Of a DNA stretch of 64,000 bases, positions 57,594-64,000 are shown one piece after another. The stretch lies in the NCBI GenBank assembly GCA_046329495.1, contig JAXLUO010000018.1, positions 15,045-79,044 on the forward strand, in the 5' to 3' direction. Numbering within the stretch: position 1 is the first letter of the stretch; each line of letters begins with the position of its first letter. This stretch comes from Chitinophagales bacterium (lineage in GTDB: Bacteria; Bacteroidota; Bacteroidia; Chitinophagales; LD1). The translations under genes were made by a program, and so were the position numbers. Below the pieces are notes generated by a model. That model was not told the origin of the DNA. It worked only from the letters and a program-made list of their open reading frames with translations, and did not search any database.

Positions 57594-58082
57594 CTAACAA
57601 TTAATTCTCAGTGAAATGTGTTTATTAATCTCTTCAATCAAATAGTTTATTAGTTTAGGATACGTCCCTGCACCTACATAACTCTGCGGTGCTTTAAAAT
57701 CAAAGTCGCTGCGCAAGCGTTCTAAACTGACGGGTTCAATTTCGGTGTATTGCTTTATAGGAATGGCATAACCCTGTTTTTGATCTTTTAGGTATTCATA
57801 TACTGTTTCGCCATTGCCCGGTATCAGGCTTTCAGCTAAGTCCCCTATTCGTTTAGGTGTATCAATAATTGGTTCGCCCATCAGCATAAAGCCCCGTATT
57901 TGCTTAACCGGGCTTGACACATAAATTACCCCTACTGTTGGCCTTTTGCGAAACCGGCGACGGTACTCCATCTTTTTGGTTCCGGATCGGATGAGATCGT
58001 ATGCATAGGGTTGCAGACTTAGGATAATTATATCCGCTGCGGTATAGTCCGATTCTGTTTGGCCAAAGAGGTTGGGCTGCAT
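57594..58082 (-). CDS. ASCH (PUA-like) domain protein
   Basis: ILSLQPYAYDLIRSGTKKMEYRRRF ... VGVIYVSSPVKQIRGF ... GYAIPI is the typical ASCH pattern. Confidence 0.6.
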   Translation of the reverse strand: MQPNLFGQTESDYTAADIIILSLQPYAYDLIRSGTKKMEYRRRFRKRPTVGVIYVSSPVKQIRGFMLMGEPIIDTPKRIGDLAESLIPGNGETVYEYLKDQKQGYAIPIKQYTEIEPVSLERLRSDFDFKAPQSYVGAGTYPKLINYLIEEINKHISLRINC

Positions 58083-58192
58083 ACAATAAATATAGAAGCA
58101 GTTTCAGCATTTTGGAAACGGACCGTAGAAAGCAAGGATTAAAGACGTTTGTTGTTAGAGGCCTGTTGTTTGTCGTTTTGATTTGTGAGGGG

Positions 58193-58805
58193 TTATCAAC
58201 ACTGCTTGTGCATGCTTGTGCAAGTTTTTGCTTGTGCACAAGTTACAGAATTTTTCATGTGATGATTTTTTGTGTTAAAATGGCCGAAAATCAGTGATTT
58301 CACACAAAGGCGCGAAGAATACAGTTTATCGAACTTTACACTCCTTTACACTTTTCTGAAAACAGAGATTAGAAATCAGAGATCAGAAATCAGACAACGT
58401 GGCGCTTTGCGCTGATGCAACTTTACACTCCTTTACACTTTTTGGACCAGGATGTTTAGGATGGATCAAAGGAGAGGGCGGAAAATTGGCCGTAAAGGAA
58501 CGCATTATTAAAATTTTCATTTGTGCACATTTGTACAGTTGATTTTGCGTGCACAAATTGCCGGAATTTTAAAGTGTTTGGCGGCGGGGCATAGTTATCC
58601 TCTGTGCTTTGCGGCAATTTGGTCTACAGAGATGTCATCTTTGCCCGGCAGAGGCTTGACTAAAGATAACATCTCGTGCCACTGTTAGGTTGCCGGTGGT
58701 TTAGTGTTTCCCAGGGTTGTCAAAGAACTTATTACGTTGTAAAGATAGCGTATAGGGTTTAAAGTTTCAAATATAGATACTATAAATTAACAAAATAGTT
58801 TGATG
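58193..58805 (-). repeat. Copy C (about 610 bp, inverted) of the multi-copy noncoding element
   Basis: Its reverse complement aligns block by block with 39822-40770. It includes an approximately 85 nt block with 2 mismatches (ggataactatgccc..aatgtgcacaaatgaaaa). It has two GTGTAAAG-N3-GTGTAAAG sites (58335-58352, 58421-58438), the palindrome at 58231-58242, and TTATCAACA at 58193-58201. Confidence 0.9.
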
Positions 58806-59030
58806 AAGAGTTTGGGGCGAAGTTTTCAGACCTATCGTAAGAATAGGGGCAGGCGGTGTTCCTTAGTTACCCATGCCTGTCTGTGCGGACACAGACAGGG
58901 GCGCAGCCTACAAATTACAAGGAAAGAACTCTCTTAAAACAGAAGCACAAAGCGGAAGATTGCTTCCGGACGATGGCTCTGATTGATTTTATTGGAATAT
59001 CCATCGCAATGACACGCTGTTTTAGAAAAT

Positions 59031-59056
59031 AAAAAAGGCCACCCGAAGGCAGCCTT
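59031..59056 (-). terminator. Rho-independent terminator of sdhCAB
   Basis: The minus-strand RNA reads GGCUGCC UUCG GGUGGCC followed by U6, 22 nt after the sdhB stop. Confidence 0.8.
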
Positions 59057-59078
59057 TTATATTGTAAACCGGCACACC

Positions 59079-59825
<747 letters not shown>

Positions 59826-59832
59826 AATTTAA

Positions 59833-60088
59833 ATTTTAATGGAACACAGATTTTTTATGATCGTTATGATTGATCAAGATCTATGTTTTTAAATACAGTT
59901 GAATATACTTTTCGTTTTATAGCCGGCTTTTTGCCGAAGTTCAATAATAACCCTACTTCAATTTTAATGGAACACAGATTTTTTATGATCGTTATGATTG
60001 ATCAAGATCTATGTTTTTAAATACAGTTGAATATACTTTTCGTTTTATAGCCGGCTTTTTGCCGAAGTTCAATAATAACCCTACTTCA
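59833..60088. repeat. Perfect tandem duplication, 2 x 128 bp
   Basis: 59833-59960 is identical to 59961-60088, read base by base. Each unit holds the left TIR and the last 32 codons of the GxxExxY gene. Confidence 0.9.
59864..59960 (-). pseudogene. Duplicated 3'-terminal fragment (32 codons) of the GxxExxY gene
   Basis: Lies in the first copy of the 128 bp duplication. No start codon or upstream coding sequence. Confidence 0.7.
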
Positions 60089-60402
60089 ATTTTAGTAGCC
60101 CTAAGGTAATTCAGAAGCTGTGCTTCGTGGTCTTCACCTATTGCTTCTGCTGCTTTCAACTCAACTATAACGCAATCATTTACCAGCAAGTCAGCAAAAT
60201 AAACACCTACTTCCTCCCCCTTATAACTCACATTCACCGGTTGCTGGGCCTGCACCTTCCATCCCATTTGCTTCAACTCAACAACCAGCGCATTTTCATA
60301 TACTTTCTCAAGAAAACCGTAACCCAATGTATTGTATACCTTATAATAGGCCTGAATGATAGCTTCTGTAACATCAGCATGTTTGTAGTTATCAGCAGCC
60401 AT
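59992..60402 (-). CDS. GxxExxY protein (PD-(D/E)XK-like, PDDEXK_3 family)
   Basis: GFLEKVY is the GxxExxY signature. DLLVNDCVIVELK carries D..ExK. 136 aa. Confidence 0.8.
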   Translation of the reverse strand: MAADNYKHADVTEAIIQAYYKVYNTLGYGFLEKVYENALVVELKQMGWKVQAQQPVNVSYKGEEVGVYFADLLVNDCVIVELKAAEAIGEDHEAQLLNYLRATKIEVGLLLNFGKKPAIKRKVYSTVFKNIDLDQS

Positions 60403-60464
60403 TTCCTACAGTTTACATCGGACCAGCGTTTTTCATAATCATCTTAACAAATCAGCGTTCCATT

Positions 60465-62402
60465 TTATTTATAAGAACGTACCTGCAATTGAACGTTTTC
60501 AAATTCCAGTGGTTCTTTATGCAGCACAGGTTCTTCGCCTACGCCTTTAAATTCCCAGGCAGCAGCATAGCGGAAGTTTTCGTCATCGCGCTTTGCTTCG
60601 CCCGCGTCCTGATATTCCACACGGAAGTGACCACCGCAACTTTCGTTACGGTGTAAGGCATCGGTAACCATCAGCTCGCCCAGTTCAATAAAGTCGGCTA
60701 CACGGCCCGCTTTATCTAACTCAGGGTTAAAGCTGTTGAACTCACCCAATACTTTTACATCCTTCCAGAAGTCTTCGCGCAGTTGTTTCAGCAAGCCTTT
60801 TGCTTTGGTTAAGCCTTCGGCGGTGCGGGCCATACCGCAGTATTCCCACATAATCTTTCCTAACTGCTTATGGAAACTTTCTACTGAGGTTTTGCCTTTA
60901 ATATTCAGCAGTTGGTTCATGCGGTCGCGGGCATTTTTTTCTGCCTCCACAAACGCAGGATGGTCGGTAGGTATAGCTTTGGTAAAGATTTCGCTGGCCA
61001 GGTAGTTACCAATGGTGTAAGGGATAACGAAGTAACCATCGGCTAAACCCTGCATCAGTGCCGAAGCACCTAAGCGGTTAGCGCCGTGGTCGCTAAAGTT
61101 AGCTTCGCCCAGTGCATAGCAGCCGGGGATGCTGGTCATTAATTCGTAATCAACCCAAAGGCCACCCATGGTGTAGTGCACGGCAGGGTAAATCTTCATT
61201 GGGGTTTGCAGCGGATCGTCGTTTGTGATGTTTTGATACATCGGGAACAACTCGCCGTAGCGGGCTTTCACAACATCGATACCCAAACGCTTGATGGCAT
61301 CGCTAAAGTCAAGGAATACCCCGAAACCGCTTGGTACAATACCACGGCCTTCGTCGCAAACTTCCTTAGCGGCACGCGAAGCGATATCGCGCGGGCAAAG
61401 GTTACCGAATGAAGGGTATTTACGCTCCAGATAGTAGTCGCGGTCATCTTCGGCAATGTCAGCAGCTTTCTTCAAGCCTTTGCGGATTGCTTCGGAATCT
61501 TCTTTCTTTTTAGGCACCCATACACGGCCGTCGTTACGCAGCGATTCCGACATCAGCGTCAGTTTCGATTGATAGTCGCCGGTTACCGGAATACAGGTAG
61601 GGTGAATTTGGGTATAGCAAGGGTTACCGAAGTAAGCGCCTTGTTTGTGGGCCTTCCAGGCGGCTGTTACGTTGCTGCCCATGGCGTTGGTAGAAAGGTA
61701 GAATACGTTGCCGTAACCACCGGTGCCTAACAACACAGCGTGGCCAAAGTGTTTTTCCAGCTCACCTGTTACCAGGTTGCGGGCAATAATACCACGGGCC
61801 TTGCCATCGATGATTACCAGTTCCACCATTTCGTGGCGGTTATACATCTTAACATTACCCAGGCCGATTTGACGCTCTAATGCCTGGTAAGCACCCAGCA
61901 ATAATTGCTGACCGGTTTGACCACGGGCATAGAACGTACGCGATACCTGGGCACCACCGAATGAACGGTTATCTAACAGGCCGCCGTATTCGCGGGCAAA
62001 AGGTACGCCCTGTGCAACGCACTGGTCGATAATATTAACCGATACCTCGGCCAAGCGATATACGTTGCCTTCGCGGGCACGGAAGTCGCCGCCTTTGATA
62101 GTATCGTAGAACAAACGGAAAACAGAGTCGCCGTCGTTTTTATAGTTTTTAGCGGAGTTAATACCACCCTGGGCCGCAATTGAGTGCGCCCGGCGTGGCG
62201 AATCCTGAAAGCAAAACGCTTTTACCTTGTAACCCAACTCGGCCAGGGTTGCTGCAGCCGAAGCCCCGGCCAAACCGGTGCCCACCACAATAACTTCCAG
62301 TTTACGCTTGTTGGCCGGGTTAACCAGTTTTGCGTGTTCCTTATAATGGGTCCACTTGTCGCTAAGAGGGCCCGAAGGGATTTTAGAATTCAGTTCAGCC
62401 AT
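60465..62402 (-). CDS. sdhA: Succinate dehydrogenase/fumarate reductase flavoprotein subunit
   Basis: [15 protein letters not shown] motif, the covalent-FAD region [10 protein letters not shown], and the HYTMGG and GANRLG blocks. 645 aa. Confidence 0.95.
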   Translation of the reverse strand: MAELNSKIPSGPLSDKWTHYKEHAKLVNPANKRKLEVIVVGTGLAGASAAATLAELGYKVKAFCFQDSPRRAHSIAAQGGINSAKNYKNDGDSVFRLFYDTIKGGDFRAREGNVYRLAEVSVNIIDQCVAQGVPFAREYGGLLDNRSFGGAQVSRTFYARGQTGQQLLLGAYQALERQIGLGNVKMYNRHEMVELVIIDGKARGIIARNLVTGELEKHFGHAVLLGTGGYGNVFYLSTNAMGSNVTAAWKAHKQGAYFGNPCYTQIHPTCIPVTGDYQSKLTLMSESLRNDGRVWVPKKKEDSEAIRKGLKKAADIAEDDRDYYLERKYPSFGNLCPRDIASRAAKEVCDEGRGIVPSGFGVFLDFSDAIKRLGIDVVKARYGELFPMYQNITNDDPLQTPMKIYPAVHYTMGGLWVDYELMTSIPGCYALGEANFSDHGANRLGASALMQGLADGYFVIPYTIGNYLASEIFTKAIPTDHPAFVEAEKNARDRMNQLLNIKGKTSVESFHKQLGKIMWEYCGMARTAEGLTKAKGLLKQLREDFWKDVKVLGEFNSFNPELDKAGRVADFIELGELMVTDALHRNESCGGHFRVEYQDAGEAKRDDENFRYAAAWEFKGVGEEPVLHKEPLEFENVQLQVRSYK

Positions 62403-62447
62403 ATCACTTTTATTATTAGCGCCTGCAGCGCAGGCATTTCGAAACGC

Positions 62448-63116
62448 TTATTTTACTAAACCAAAAAACATGCTGATGGGCATAAGAGCAAACACCACCG
62501 AGATAAGCACCGCAAAGCCGGCACCGATAAGCTCGATAGCGCGGTTATATTTCAGGTGATTGAAGCCCAGTGTTTGGAAAGCACTTTTAAAGCCGTGCAA
62601 CAGGTGCCAGAATAAGGAGAAGCAACCTGCCACATACAGCAACACCATTGGTAGGGATTGGAAATGCTCCTGCATGCGCTGGAACAGGTTCAATTCCTCG
62701 CCGGTAGCAAACTGGCTGTAACGGTTAGGGATCCAGAAGTTAGAGGCGTGGATAATAAGGAACAACAGGATTAAGGTACCCAACAAGCCCATGCTACGCG
62801 AATACCAGCTACTGTTGGCAGCAGGATTGTTGTAGCTATACTTAACCGGACGGGCAGCGCGGTTTTGCGCCCACAGCATCAGGCCATCTACAATGTGCAC
62901 CAGAAAGCCTGCTACCAGCACCAATTCCATAGTGCGGATAATGAGGTTGGTACCCATAAAGTGCGCCCAGTGCGAAAAGGTTACGCCCCCGTCGTTAAAC
63001 CAAATCATGCCGTTGATGGTGGCATGCACAATAAGGAAGGTTATTAGGAAAAGACCGGTTAAGCTCATGAAGAACTTTTTACCGATGGAACTCTTGAAAA
63101 TCACCGAATTGGCCAT
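62448..63116 (-). CDS. sdhC: Succinate dehydrogenase cytochrome b subunit (b558 family)
   Basis: 222 aa with 5 transmembrane helices and conserved His residues. First gene of the C-A-B order typical of type B enzymes. Confidence 0.85.
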   Translation of the reverse strand: MANSVIFKSSIGKKFFMSLTGLFLITFLIVHATINGMIWFNDGGVTFSHWAHFMGTNLIIRTMELVLVAGFLVHIVDGLMLWAQNRAARPVKYSYNNPAANSSWYSRSMGLLGTLILLFLIIHASNFWIPNRYSQFATGEELNLFQRMQEHFQSLPMVLLYVAGCFSLFWHLLHGFKSAFQTLGFNHLKYNRAIELIGAGFAVLISVVFALMPISMFFGLVK

Positions 63117-63290
63117 AGATACTCCTTTTTAAGGCGGGGCTAAATTATACCACGAAAGGGAAAATGAAAGCTTTTACCCTGCGTTTTTTAGCACACCTGT
63201 GTGAATTAAAACAAGTTGCGCCTGTAAACCCGCCTTATTTAAAACCATTCTAAATACCTGATGGTTCGAAAAAAGGTTGAGGAAGTGCAA

Positions 63291-64000
63291 TTATTGGCCG
63301 TATGCGTAATCGTGCAGGTAGTTGTATGGATCGGTTAGCTGGCCATGATTAACGATGGTAGCCTGTGTTATAATAGCAGAAGCATCGCCCTTTAAAAGTT
63401 CGGGGATGATGCGGTTGATGATCATGTTACCGAAGTCTTCCGAGGCATCCCGCGGCAGTTCGTTTGGCAGGTTGTCGATTGCCATTACATCTATTGAACC
63501 ATCCTGGAACGTTTGCATCAGCTCGCCGGTTTGCGGGTTGTAACCGTAATACGGGTCGGCAATAGAAGAGGCATAAAGCGTGGACGGAATAGAGGCATCA
63601 GGTGCAATATCGCAAGTGATGTCGGAGATGGTTTTGATGCGGAAATCGGGTTCCTTCATTTGTTCGCGGGTAAAGAATACGGGGATGCGCTTATCCCAAT
63701 AAATACCGTTGATCATTACATCAGCCGCACGGGTGAAGGGGAAGAAAGAGCTTTTATACTCCTGTGGGTGCCGGTGATAATCGGCGCTGTCAAACTTTTC
63801 CTGGTCTTCGCGGTAGAACATATCGGCACTGGCAAGTTGGGTGTAAACAGGTTCTTCGAACTCGTTGTAACAGAAGTTGAAGGGCGATACCTTGCGGATC
63901 TTCATTACATCCAGCATAAAGGCAGCGCCTTCGCTTACACGGCCATCGCCGGTGAGCACAATCTTCCAGTTAGGGAGGTCCAGCTTTTCCAATTCCTTCT
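63291..64000 (-). CDS. AlaDH/PNT-family NAD(P)-dependent dehydrogenase, saccharopine/lysine-ketoglutarate reductase-like (C-terminal part, runs off the window)
   Basis: The frame stays open to the window edge. GDGRVSEGA, ISDITCDI and MAIDNLPNELPRDASE resemble the LOR/SDH conserved region. Confidence 0.5.
   Translation of the reverse strand, partial: KELEKLDLPNWKIVLTGDGRVSEGAAFMLDVMKIRKVSPFNFCYNEFEEPVYTQLASADMFYREDQEKFDSADYHRHPQEYKSSFFPFTRAADVMINGIYWDKRIPVFFTREQMKEPDFRIKTISDITCDIAPDASIPSTLYASSIADPYYGYNPQTGELMQTFQDGSIDVMAIDNLPNELPRDASEDFGNMIINRIIPELLKGDASAIITQATIVNHGQLTDPYNYLHDYAYGQ

Larger units (their letters stand above)
59838..60465 (-). mobile_element. GxxExxY gene cassette bounded by 32 bp imperfect terminal inverted repeats, inserted between sdhA and sdhB
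   Basis: The left TIR is AATGGAACACAGATTTTTTATGATCGTTATGA (59838-59869, repeated at 59966-59997). The reverse complement of 60434-60465 is AATGGAACGCTGATTTGTTAAGATGATTATGA. 26 of 32 positions are identical. Confidence 0.55.

Noticed and set aside
40771-58192. The 17.4 kb segment flanked by inverted repeats could be a composite transposon, genomic island or prophage.
   Set aside because: The content is mostly core housekeeping (lepA, aminotransferase, heptose kinase, lipid synthesis). There is no transposase, integrase or phage gene, and no obvious target-site duplication.
58802-58814. gatgaagagtttg matches the 5' end of bacterial 16S rRNA (ATGAAGAGTTTGATCCTGGCTCAG) and sits next to the boxA-like leader.
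   Set aside because: The match stops after 13 nt (tttggggcg follows, not tttgatcctgg). It lies on the opposite strand relative to the boxA-like motif. Copy B has ggtttgctggtat at the same position. It is probably coincidence.

Overview
This 64 kb window looks like a Bacteroidota chromosome. The evidence is one protein with a T9SS C-terminal sorting domain, a b558-type sdhCAB operon, a serine palmitoyltransferase-like gene, a TolC-MFP-RND-TetR efflux operon and GxxExxY genes. Most of it is ordinary housekeeping sequence: ruvB, lepA, aroE, fabI, rmuC, ligD, aminotransferase, permeases and sdhCAB. I found no tRNA, rRNA, CRISPR array, transposase or integrase. The most unusual signal is noncoding. 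A complex, internally repetitive element of 0.6-0.95 kb occurs three times: a partial copy A at 1-104, copy B at 39822-40770, and copy C inverted at 58193-58805. B and C form an inverted pair around a 17.4 kb housekeeping segment. The element has three parts. The 5' module carries a boxA-like GTTCTTTGACAAC motif. The middle is an iteron-like array of GTGTAAAG-N3-GTGTAAAG direct repeats interleaved with ~10 bp phased ATCCT tracts. The 3' module carries the palindrome CTTGTGCACAAG, further GCACAAG repeats and a DnaA-box-like 9-mer. In every copy the 3' module points toward the downstream gene. Other notable points follow. A GxxExxY gene bounded by 32 bp imperfect terminal inverted repeats sits between sdhA and sdhB, with a perfect 128 bp tandem duplication of one end. 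A lipid cluster runs AGPS-like flavoenzyme, GlpD-like, DAG-kinase-like, serine palmitoyltransferase-like, then an unknown 432 aa protein. A 996 aa collagen-like surface protein has 58 uninterrupted GXY triplets, an 888 bp internal duplication and a C1q/BclA-like C-terminal head. A eukaryote-type PTPLA/HACD dehydratase homolog is coupled to an acyl-CoA dehydrogenase. An AT-rich array of small genes resembles an orphan immunity island. All family assignments come from motif recognition by eye; no database search was run.
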